A stretch of 64,000 bases of DNA, taken from assembly GCA_004524445.1 (NCBI GenBank), contig SDNP01000013.1, positions 12,326 to 76,325 on the forward strand. Direction: 5' to 3'. The notes beneath the pieces were generated by a model. That model did no database searches. It saw only the letters and a list, made by a program, of their open reading frames with translations, and was not told where the DNA came from. Position numbers and translations under genes: made by a program. Shown here one piece after another: positions 37,352-46,138 of this stretch; the stretch's first letter is position 1, and each line of letters opens with the position of its first letter. Source of the stretch: Candidatus Thorarchaeota archaeon. Lineage in GTDB: Archaea; Asgardarchaeota; Thorarchaeia; Thorarchaeales; Thorarchaeaceae.

Positions 37352-39273
37352 GAAGCAAAGAACTCAGAGATACGGTTAGATAGCATCTCAGGGCTATTTG
37401 GAATCACAGTTGTTACTTCTTCTAACCAGGATGGAAGAAATCTTCTTAGATAAGGCGTGGCAAATCGTTGATCAAGAAGAACAATTGCGCCTCGGTCGTT
37501 GAGTCGCCTAACCGGTCTTCCAGCAGCTTGGGTAGCTCGTGTAACAGCAGGCAAGACATAGGCATAGTCACGCCCACGATTATTGAAGCGTCTATCATAA
37601 TAGGCAATCAAGGCATCAATACGGGGCATTGGTTTTGCATAGGGTACACCTACTACCACCACACATTCCATGGTTTCACCAGGGAAATCGCCCCCTTCAG
37701 AATTTCTTCCCCCTTGTACCCCGAGAAGAACTGCGCCTTTGCCTGTAGCTCTGCTCTTGAATTCGTTTATCATCTTGTCATTCTCTGAGCTTTTCATTCC
37801 CTGCTCTTCAAGGAAGAGCTTTTTCTCTAGCTTCTTCTCTAGACCCATTTTTAGGAGGCTTCGACCTATATGGTAACTTGTTGTAAAAATGCCTGTATTT
37901 CCCGGAGTTGCATTTGCTGCTGCTGCACAATGTTCAGCCATTTGTGTGTATACGTCCTGTCCTCTAGATTTATAGGATGTATCAACTCCGTCTACAATAA
38001 TGCCAATTCTATTTTTCAGAGCAAATGGGCTTCTAAATGATGCTCTCACGGCTGAGTTCTCGAATCCCAACATTTCCGAATATGCCTCAAGAGGGGAAAG
38101 AGTTCCTGAAATTGCCACAGATCCCCTAATCATGGATAAGATTGGTTGAGTTACCGATGTTGGATCCAATGCATGAAGGTCCAACGATACTCTTCGACTA
38201 CTTCTGCGGATTTCCGATTTCAAGAGAAATGCATAATCAACACGGTCACTATGACTAACCCATCTTTGCATGAATTTAGCAACACGAAATATCGTTGAAC
38301 GTGGAAATTTCCCTGCCTTAAGCAGCCCTATTTTGATTTTTGCTCCGAGGTCTTCCATGTGTGCCAGCGGTTGCTCCTCTCGCTCCACCCCTGAATTTTC
38401 CAACGCTGCAGACATTATCCCCTCGGGCTTCAGGATCATCTCTTCATTATCTCCCATCTCACTTGAGAGGTCTAGGACACTCTTGGCGAGCCCTCGACAG
38501 AATTGCTTACCAAGCGTATCATTGTATTTGTTCGCTTCTCTCATTGCCTGCCTGATTGTTCCCAGAGTCAAGGAGTCGCTGGCTGAGTCTAGTGCGGTAG
38601 AAGGTACATTATGAGCCTCATCCTGAACGAGAATCACATTCGAAAGCCGAGTTTCAATCTCTGGAATGAATGTTGACATTATGAACGGGTCGAAGACATA
38701 AAGATATGATAGAGCAACCACATCTACCACTTTTGCAAGTTTTTTAGCCAACTCATAAGGGCATAACTTTCTCTTCTTTGCTACTTTGATGATTTGAGGG
38801 GCACTCAGTACTGAAATAGCAATTTTATCAAGAAAATCATATGGATCCAATCCACGTAGTCTCTCATAGAATGGACAGCGGTGTTCCGCCTTTAGCTGAC
38901 CACAGACTTCACTTAGTGGTATTGAGGAATCCATGTTCTCCATTATGAATGGATTAATGCACATGTGTCTTCGCCCGCGAAAGGACACTCCTGAAACTAC
39001 ACGTTCACCATCATCAATTGCTGAGAGCTCTTCGATGACCCTATCAAGCTGCTTGTGAGTTCTCGCACAGTATAATACCTTTCCTTCATTTTCTTTAACC
39101 CATGGCAGAACGCCCGCTAGTGTGACACAGGTCTTCCCGAATCCATTGGGTGCTTCGCAGCATATATTACGTCCCTCTCTCACTACCTGATTTATTGTCT
39201 GCATCATGTCCTCTTGGCCTTCGCGTGGTGCATCATAAGGGAAGAAATCAATATAGGAAAGCTCGTCGGTCAT
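37348..39273 (-). CDS. xpd: XPD/Rad3-family Fe-S helicase
   Basis: EAPNGFGKT, RTHKQ, four Fe-S Cys, DEAH, SGTL, QAAGRPVR. Confidence 0.92.
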   Translation of the reverse strand: MTDELSYIDFFPYDAPREGQEDMMQTINQVVREGRNICCEAPNGFGKTCVTLAGVLPWVKENEGKVLYCARTHKQLDRVIEELSAIDDGERVVSGVSFRGRRHMCINPFIMENMDSSIPLSEVCGQLKAEHRCPFYERLRGLDPYDFLDKIAISVLSAPQIIKVAKKRKLCPYELAKKLAKVVDVVALSYLYVFDPFIMSTFIPEIETRLSNVILVQDEAHNVPSTALDSASDSLTLGTIRQAMREANKYNDTLGKQFCRGLAKSVLDLSSEMGDNEEMILKPEGIMSAALENSGVEREEQPLAHMEDLGAKIKIGLLKAGKFPRSTIFRVAKFMQRWVSHSDRVDYAFLLKSEIRRSSRRVSLDLHALDPTSVTQPILSMIRGSVAISGTLSPLEAYSEMLGFENSAVRASFRSPFALKNRIGIIVDGVDTSYKSRGQDVYTQMAEHCAAAANATPGNTGIFTTSYHIGRSLLKMGLEKKLEKKLFLEEQGMKSSENDKMINEFKSRATGKGAVLLGVQGGRNSEGGDFPGETMECVVVVGVPYAKPMPRIDALIAYYDRRFNNRGRDYAYVLPAVTRATQAAGRPVRRLNDRGAIVLLDQRFATPYLRRFLPSWLEEVTTVIPNSPEMLSNRISEFFAS

Positions 39274-39414
39274 GTGGGATTCATATTTTGGTTCTATCCA
39301 ACATTGATAATCATGTTGTTTTCCTCGTTGCTTTGTTTGCCCGCCCGAGCACATATCCTAATGCAAACCAAGACATTTTTCTCCAAAGTAATGCAAGTTT
39401 CAAGAGTGAATACC

Positions 39415-39759
39415 ATGCCTTTCGATGACATTGACGAATTTGAGAAGGAATTCTCTGAAGGCAAACTCAAAATTAGAATTGTAGAGCTAGAAAATGGTTT
39501 GCTCATTCTCCTATCTGACTCCGAAAAATATCGGATGGGGCATTCAGCAGCAGCAATACCCCCCAGCCATACAAGACCACAACCAACCTCAACGGGTCTC
39601 TTTTCTACCGGCCCAGATTCTGTTCTGGTCCGCACCTTAGCAGAACGAGTTGCAGACATAACGAAGCAAATGGTCATGATTGTTGCGGGAGTTCAAGACT
39701 TGAACCCAAATACTATGATAGAATTAATGCAACTGCTCAAGAATCATTTTGTTCAATAA
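39415..39759 (+). CDS. Proteasome assembly chaperone PAC3/PAC4-like protein
   Basis: MGHSAAAIP...PTSTGLF...LAERVA...MVMIV resembles the PAC4 (PSMG4) pattern. Confidence 0.65.
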   Translation: MPFDDIDEFEKEFSEGKLKIRIVELENGLLILLSDSEKYRMGHSAAAIPPSHTRPQPTSTGLFSTGPDSVLVRTLAERVADITKQMVMIVAGVQDLNPNTMIELMQLLKNHFVQ

Positions 39760-39961
39760 GATACACTACAACCTCTCTAGCCCAATCTCCAAGGTTCTCC
39801 TCGCCCACCACTTTCTCCAGATACTCTTCCCATCCAATCCCATATGCCCGTTTCCAAGCCGCAAATGCCCACTCCAGACTATGTTTCGCTTCGGCATGAT
39901 ACTCGCAAAGACTACATTGTTCTAGAACAGGCCTTGAGCATATATCACACTCTTTGGTCAC
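39737..39961 (-). CDS. Small Zn-binding protein coupled to topA
   Basis: CDIC...CEYH, WKRAYG..WEEYL; overlaps the topA stop. Confidence 0.7.
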   Translation of the reverse strand: MTKECDICSRPVLEQCSLCEYHAEAKHSLEWAFAAWKRAYGIGWEEYLEKVVGEENLGDWAREVVVYLIEQNDS

Positions 39962-42072
39962 TTTTCATCCTCTCCTTTCTTCCCACGTTGTTTCTCTAGC
40001 TTCCTGAGGTCTTCCTGCCTACCGGGGCAATCCGCCCAGTTGACGCAGGTTTCCCAGGCACGTCTCCCAGAAACTATCTTCAACATTTGATAACCGCAAT
40101 GGGGGCATTCCTTCTCAAGTGGAACAATACGCCCCTTTTGAGGGAGTGGGTACGTCTGGGTGCAATTACCCTCCTTGTAGTTGGAACAACCTATGAAACG
40201 TTTTCCACTTTTTGGCGACCTGACTATGATGAGAGTACCATCTCCGCAACTGGGACAGGGCCCAATCTCCCGCTTTTCCTTCCAATACCCTCTAAGTCCT
40301 CTGACCAGCTTCTCACCAATTTCCTCCTCACTCTTCTGGAATGGTTCCAGCAATCTCAGCAGTTCTCTCTTTGCCTTTGATAATACAATCTCTTTCTCGA
40401 TGTCGTTTCGTTGTATTTTGTCCATGTCTGTTTCTAAATTTCTTGTAAACTCGACGGATAGCAAGTCAGGCACGTAGTCCTGCATGGTTTCAAATACCGC
40501 ATATCCTAAGTCGGACATCTCAAAACGGTCAGTTAGAGTATACCCCCTTGATTTCACTGAGTCTACAATGCCGGCTCTTGTAGCCTTTGTTCCCAACTCC
40601 TCTTTTTCTAGCTTCTTCAGTAATGAAGATGGATTATACCTGGACGGCGGATTCGATCTCTTTTCTTCCTTTCTCACATCAATTATTTGCACGACATCTC
40701 CCTTTTTTAAATTTGGAACGAAAGTATCTTTCTCAATAATAAACGGCTTATAGATTCTCAACCAACCATCCTGCAAAACACGCGATCCTCTTGTGAAGAG
40801 TCGATGATCTCCACAGACAAAATCAACGCGCATACTCTCCTTGTCAGCATTCCTATCGCAAGAAGCAAGAAACCTTCTCACAATCAAATCATAGATTTTT
40901 TTCTCGGCAGCCTTTAGTTTGCGTTCTGGTTGATCCCCAGTGGGATGAATTGCTGGATGCGCCGGATCCTTCTTCTTACCCTGTTGGGGAGCAACTCGTC
41001 CAGCGACCAATAATGAGCTGACTATCTTACTATATGTCCTCTGTTTCCCAAGATTCGTGATGATTTGCTTAACGTTAATGGAATCAGGAATCTGCTGACT
41101 GCTGGTTCGTGGATAGGATACTAGTGCGTCCAAGTATAGTGCTTGGGCGATGGCAAGCGTCCTGCTGGGTTTGTAGCCAAAATGGCGGAATGCCTCTCCT
41201 TGGAGATCACTCAGATTGAATGGCGACGGTGGAGGACGCTCATATGTTCTTCTATTTACTTCATTGACTTCTGCGCTCTTCTCACGTAATGCGTTAGTAA
41301 TAGACGTGGCATTTTCCAAAGTTTCAATTTTTTTCTTGATGTATTGTAGCTCAAACTCCTCCCCCTCATGACTCGCCTTTACATCAATATGCCAGTAGGG
41401 TTCCGGGACAAATATTTTGATTTGACGGTCCCTCCCGGCAACGAAGGCCAGACTCGGGCCCTGAACTCGTCCTGTTGATATTATCTTAAACCAGCCTGAA
41501 GCAGCCTTCACAGATAATGTGAGAGCACGAGTTAGGTTGATTCCATATAGCCAATCAATACGATGTCTTATCTCCCCAGCATCAATCATTGGGAAATTAA
41601 GGTTCGGAAGGGCGTTTTCATACGCTCTTTGTATGTCTTTTTTTGTCAATGCGGAAAATATCATTCTCTTGGCTGTGTTTGGTTCTACACTGCATGCATA
41701 TTTCAAGATGAGATAACCTATCAAGCTCCCCTCAATATCATAATCACATGCAACAACAAACTTGTCAGACTTGGCCGCCAAATTGCGCATCAGTGTTATC
41801 AGATGTTTTGATTTTTTGTCTTTCTTAGAAACCTCATACTTCGGGACCCATTCCATCTCTAATCTGGGATATTTCCACCCCTTTTCTGTCTGCTTCAGCT
41901 CATAGAGGTGACCTAGCCCATAGGCAACCACCAGAACATCACCATCACGATGGCTCTGAAAGTACGACCCTCCGCGTTTCTTGACCTCTTCAGGATCACC
42001 GTCTTCGTCCAGTGCTTTCGCAAGGCGTTTCGCCGCCGTTGGCTTTTCAGAGATTATCAATATCTGTGACAA
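39958..42072 (-). CDS. topA: Type IA DNA topoisomerase
   Basis: SEKP, DYDIEG, STGRVQ, SYPRT, AHPAIHPT, LGTKATR, C-terminal Zn ribbons. Confidence 0.96.
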   Translation of the reverse strand: MSQILIISEKPTAAKRLAKALDEDGDPEEVKKRGGSYFQSHRDGDVLVVAYGLGHLYELKQTEKGWKYPRLEMEWVPKYEVSKKDKKSKHLITLMRNLAAKSDKFVVACDYDIEGSLIGYLILKYACSVEPNTAKRMIFSALTKKDIQRAYENALPNLNFPMIDAGEIRHRIDWLYGINLTRALTLSVKAASGWFKIISTGRVQGPSLAFVAGRDRQIKIFVPEPYWHIDVKASHEGEEFELQYIKKKIETLENATSITNALREKSAEVNEVNRRTYERPPPSPFNLSDLQGEAFRHFGYKPSRTLAIAQALYLDALVSYPRTSSQQIPDSINVKQIITNLGKQRTYSKIVSSLLVAGRVAPQQGKKKDPAHPAIHPTGDQPERKLKAAEKKIYDLIVRRFLASCDRNADKESMRVDFVCGDHRLFTRGSRVLQDGWLRIYKPFIIEKDTFVPNLKKGDVVQIIDVRKEEKRSNPPSRYNPSSLLKKLEKEELGTKATRAGIVDSVKSRGYTLTDRFEMSDLGYAVFETMQDYVPDLLSVEFTRNLETDMDKIQRNDIEKEIVLSKAKRELLRLLEPFQKSEEEIGEKLVRGLRGYWKEKREIGPCPSCGDGTLIIVRSPKSGKRFIGCSNYKEGNCTQTYPLPQKGRIVPLEKECPHCGYQMLKIVSGRRAWETCVNWADCPGRQEDLRKLEKQRGKKGEDEK

Positions 42073-42179
42073 ATTATATCCTCTCTAGGTGTTGGATACA
42101 CGATTTTGGGTGGTACACTTCTGCATATCACGATATTCTTAAAAGCAGACCGCCGAAGGAAGCGTCTTGTGGTCCTAAC

Positions 42180-42611
42180 ATGAAGCTATGGTGGCCAAGA
42201 AGAATCATAAGACCTCGAGTCAGACTCAAGAGACCGAGATTTACCACTCCAACTCGACCTCCAGATGTGGTTCTATTTGGAGTCCTGTTTATCGTCGTAC
42301 TATTCATCCTTGGCGGTAATATCTATACCTTAGTTAGGTCCCCGCCAGCTATTGCTGGTGGTTCGGGTGGTTCTCCAATCCTGATTTCTCCTGGCATCGA
42401 TTCACAATTAGGTTTGGAAGGTATTGTTGCCTCCGTCGTCATTCTAATGGGAACGATAGGATTGGGACTGATCTACTACGCTTCAAAATATGTATTTCAA
42501 CCAGGTTATGCCAACCGTCTTCTCTTGCTTGGCATGTTACTCAGTGGACTTTCTTTCCTCATATTTGGCTATCTCTTTGGGTACAAATTGGGTGCCTTTT
42601 CGCAAGGCTAA
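42180..42611 (+). CDS. Oligosaccharyltransferase subunit OSTC/DC2-like (OST3/OST6-family TM domain)
   Basis: PRVRLKRP, FILGGNIY...PPAI, QLGLEGIVAS, MGTIG, NRLLLLG, KL; three TMs. Confidence 0.8.
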   Translation: MKLWWPRRIIRPRVRLKRPRFTTPTRPPDVVLFGVLFIVVLFILGGNIYTLVRSPPAIAGGSGGSPILISPGIDSQLGLEGIVASVVILMGTIGLGLIYYASKYVFQPGYANRLLLLGMLLSGLSFLIFGYLFGYKLGAFSQG

Positions 42612-42637
42612 GATGACAATAATGGGGTAGTTCTTTG

Positions 42638-43351
42638 CTACCTCATAATTTCATATTTTACATCGGTTGTTTCCCAGAGATGACCAAGCAGACGCTGTGC
42701 AATTTCTAATTTCTTTCTTTTCTTCTCTGGCGCTCTAATATGGTCGATATACTCTGGTTTAGACCATTTCCCAACCACATGTCCAAAATCCATCCCTGCG
42801 AGAACCAGCTTGGCTGGCTTGTAATGCGTTGCAAGATAACAACCCCTATCTCCATCTGTGAATCCTCCCCACAAGAATACATTAGGTTGTGGCTCGACTT
42901 GAGTGCTACCAATAACCGTTTTCAATGAAGGCAAAAAATCCTCAACAATATGCATATTGTCTCCGTGAGCATGTACTATTGGTATTGCGCCTTGTTTTAT
43001 TGCATTTTTAATATCACCTAAATCTCCATCTAGGTCAGTCACAATAATATCCACTTGAATTCCTTCCTCCAGTAAAGCCGAAGTGGCACCGTCAGCTGCA
43101 ATAAATGTCAATCTCTCAGTTAGTTCTTGTCTTTCAATTCTCTCTAGATGATTCTTCAATGAAGGTCCCGCCCCACAGACTACCACGATTCTCTCTCTAA
43201 TCAGCACTCTCAATTCTTGTAACAACAAGCTGGAATTCCGTCCTATTAAAATCGAACTTAGAATCTGTGTTGCTCTTCTGTCCTCCTCAGGATTAAGTCC
43301 CAGCTCGCTTACAATTCCGTTGTACAATGGTTGCCATTCTGACCATTTCAT
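42638..43351 (-). CDS. mptE: 6-hydroxymethyl-7,8-dihydropterin pyrophosphokinase MptE
   Basis: GAGPSL, AADGA, VTDLDG, VHAHGDN, GGFTDGDR, GMDF. Confidence 0.9.
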   Translation of the reverse strand: MKWSEWQPLYNGIVSELGLNPEEDRRATQILSSILIGRNSSLLLQELRVLIRERIVVVCGAGPSLKNHLERIERQELTERLTFIAADGATSALLEEGIQVDIIVTDLDGDLGDIKNAIKQGAIPIVHAHGDNMHIVEDFLPSLKTVIGSTQVEPQPNVFLWGGFTDGDRGCYLATHYKPAKLVLAGMDFGHVVGKWSKPEYIDHIRAPEKKRKKLEIAQRLLGHLWETTDVKYEIMR

Positions 43352-43386
43352 TGAATCACCTTCAGAAGAATTACTCGACACCTATA

Positions 43387-44238
43387 TCATTCCGCTCTTC
43401 TCAGCTTCTTGCCAATCCTACATGCCACTGCTGTTTCCTTCACGTCGTGGGTCCTCACGATATCTGCCCCATTCGCTACTGCAATACTAGTCACCGCAAT
43501 ACTGCCCTCCAATCTATCACTAGGGTCCTTCTGGTCAAGAAAGAAGCCGATGAACGCCTTCCGGGAAACTCCAATTAAGACGGGATGACCAAGGTATGTG
43601 AATCTCTCAAGTTCTCGGATTATGTCAAAATCTATGTTCGGGGCTTTTCCAAATCCTATACCGGGATCTACTATTATCTTCGTCGGCTCTATATGTGCTC
43701 TCTTGGCGATATGAAGGCTCCTTTTCAATGAATGTAATGACTGCTTTATTGAGGTACATGTACTTGCACAGGAAGACATCACCACGACAGGTACATTTCC
43801 ATCTGAGATTATCTGCGCCATGTCTTTATCCGCTTGTAGCCCTGACACATCGTTTATCATGGAGGCCCCCAGTTCTAAGGCGCGCTCAGCCACTTGAGAA
43901 GATGTTGTATCAACAGAGATAGGCACGTTCACAGCGTCAGTAAGCACCTCCAAAGCATGTTCGATTCTTTCGATTTCAACTTCCGTTGAAACTTTTTTGG
44001 CATCATAGTAGGCAGCCGGTGCAGTGGAACTCCCACCAATATCTATAATATTTGCTCCTTCGTTTACCATTTCTCTGGCTTTTGCAACTATTTCCTCGCT
44101 TTGGACCTCTACTGACTCAGCATAGAATGACTCGGGTGAGATATTTAGAATCCCCATTACACGCACTGGAAATTCTTCACCTATGCCAAGTGTGCCAACG
44201 AGCACGGAATTCCTTAACAAACACAACAACTCCAACAA
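43387..44238 (-). CDS. folP: Dihydropteroate synthase
   Basis: MGILNISPESFY, DIGGSST, SVDT, DPGIGFGK, SRKAFI, RTHDV. Confidence 0.92.
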   Translation of the reverse strand: MLELLCLLRNSVLVGTLGIGEEFPVRVMGILNISPESFYAESVEVQSEEIVAKAREMVNEGANIIDIGGSSTAPAAYYDAKKVSTEVEIERIEHALEVLTDAVNVPISVDTTSSQVAERALELGASMINDVSGLQADKDMAQIISDGNVPVVVMSSCASTCTSIKQSLHSLKRSLHIAKRAHIEPTKIIVDPGIGFGKAPNIDFDIIRELERFTYLGHPVLIGVSRKAFIGFFLDQKDPSDRLEGSIAVTSIAVANGADIVRTHDVKETAVACRIGKKLRRAE

Positions 44239-44310
44239 GACGAGGAACCCATAGAATGAAATAAAACCTACTTACTGTTCTCCTGACCTACTGATACCAG
44301 GTGAATTCCA

Positions 44311-45456
44311 ATGAATAACAATTTCAGACGAACACAGCTTTATGAATGGCACAAGGAGCATGGCGATGTAATTCCTTTTGCTGGCTGGGAGATGCCCGTA
44401 CGCTACACCGACATTCGAGAGGAGCATATGGCGGTACGAGATGCTGTTGGAATATTTGATACTTCACACATGTATCGCTTCTTTATTGAAGGCCCCGACG
44501 CAGCGGATTTTCTGCAGACTCTTACTACAAACAATGTTCACAAGCTATCTGTAAATGATGGTCATTATTCAACGTGTTTGAATGAGAACGGCGGTACCCA
44601 TGACGATTTGATGCTTTACCGAGTTGGTGAAGAGAAATACATCTGGGTTACCAATGCGGCAAATGGGCCCAAAATTTGGAAGCACATGAATGCTCACACC
44701 GATGATTTTGAAGTAAGCGTAAATGACCGTTCAAGAGAGATAATAATGGTTGCAGTTCAAGGTCCAAAAGCCGTAGCACTATTATCCAAATTGGCCGGAT
44801 CTGATGTTGCAGAATACTCACGCTTTACCGCAAATAGGGTCAAATTGGCTGGATTTGATACTTACCTTTGTAGAACCGGATATACGGGTGAAGATGGCGG
44901 TGAGCTGTTGGTGCTGGACACGCCCTTAACAGAGAACGGCAAAGAACGGGCAATCAGCTTCTGGAATACGCTATTGAAACAGGGTAAGGAGTTTGGTATC
45001 AAACCCTGTGGGCTTGGAGCTCGTGATTCCACACGGCTCGAGGCTGGATTTGTCCTGTATGGACACGAACTTGATGAAGAAACCTCACCGATTGAAGCGA
45101 GAATTCCCTATGCTGTAAAGTTCAAGGTCGACCCTCACTATATTGGATATGATGTGGTCAAGACACAAAAGAAGGAGGGTGTCGAACGAACACGCATTGG
45201 TTTTGAGATGATTGACAGAGGCATACCCCGAGAGGGCTATGACATCCTACTATCTGGCTCAAAAATTGGAGTGACCACAAGTGGCGGTCTCTCACCTGTC
45301 CTCAATAAGGGAATTGGAATGGGATATGTTCCGCCAGATACGGTTGAAGAGGGTGATACTGTTGAGATTGATATCAAAGGCAGGGTCCGCAAGGCCAAGG
45401 TTACCAAATGGCCATTCTATGATTCTACCGAGTATGGCGCCACACGAACCGACTGA
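44311..45456 (+). CDS. gcvT: Glycine cleavage aminomethyltransferase T
   Basis: FAGWEMPVRY, FDTSHM, RTGYTGEDGGE, GARDSTRLEAG. Confidence 0.96.
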   Translation: MNNNFRRTQLYEWHKEHGDVIPFAGWEMPVRYTDIREEHMAVRDAVGIFDTSHMYRFFIEGPDAADFLQTLTTNNVHKLSVNDGHYSTCLNENGGTHDDLMLYRVGEEKYIWVTNAANGPKIWKHMNAHTDDFEVSVNDRSREIIMVAVQGPKAVALLSKLAGSDVAEYSRFTANRVKLAGFDTYLCRTGYTGEDGGELLVLDTPLTENGKERAISFWNTLLKQGKEFGIKPCGLGARDSTRLEAGFVLYGHELDEETSPIEARIPYAVKFKVDPHYIGYDVVKTQKKEGVERTRIGFEMIDRGIPREGYDILLSGSKIGVTTSGGLSPVLNKGIGMGYVPPDTVEEGDTVEIDIKGRVRKAKVTKWPFYDSTEYGATRTD

Positions 45457-45513
45457 CAGTTAGATGCATTTAAAGGGACTGAACAATCCCATTATATTCG
45501 TTGGTGGAAAAAG

Positions 45514-45912
45514 ATGTCCGAAGGTCAGGACGTAAGAAAAGACAGGTCTTATAGTAAGGAGCACGAATGGGCTAAAGTCGATGATGGAATTGTTGTAATC
45601 GGCATCAGTGATTACGCTCAGAACTCTCTGCATGAGATTACATATGTAGAAGTCACAGAGGTTGGAACAAAAGTCGAAAAGGGAGATGAATGCGGTCTGG
45701 TCGAGTCTATGAAAGCATCATCTGACATTTATACGCCAGTAAGCGGCGAAATAGTCGAAGTCAACGATAAACTTGAAGACGCTCCAGAGATTGTGAATGA
45801 ATCGCCATATGACGAAGGTTGGTTACTGAAAATCGAACCGTCCAATCTTGACGATGATATGAATTCACTCATGAGTGCAGAAGAGTACGAAGAGTTCATT
45901 GAAGATCTTTAG
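45514..45912 (+). CDS. gcvH: Glycine cleavage H protein
   Basis: YSKEHEW, GISDYAQ, VESMKA (lipoyl Lys), NESPYDEGWL. Confidence 0.96.
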   Translation: MSEGQDVRKDRSYSKEHEWAKVDDGIVVIGISDYAQNSLHEITYVEVTEVGTKVEKGDECGLVESMKASSDIYTPVSGEIVEVNDKLEDAPEIVNESPYDEGWLLKIEPSNLDDDMNSLMSAEEYEEFIEDL

Positions 45913-46138
45913 AATAATACATCTGATCAATGCTTGGGACAATCGTCTGTAAAGAATACCACGGTTGTCCGAAGCTAACCTATTTTTTCTGGTCCGACCT
46001 AAAACAACCAAATGCTATTTGGCAGTTCATTTCGTCCCTCTTTTCTGGTTGGTACAGAAATGAATCTATCCGAAACCCTTTTAGCGAATACGAGATTGCT
46101 CCGCTTAGCTTCGAGTCGGAATGGAGAGAGCACACCGA

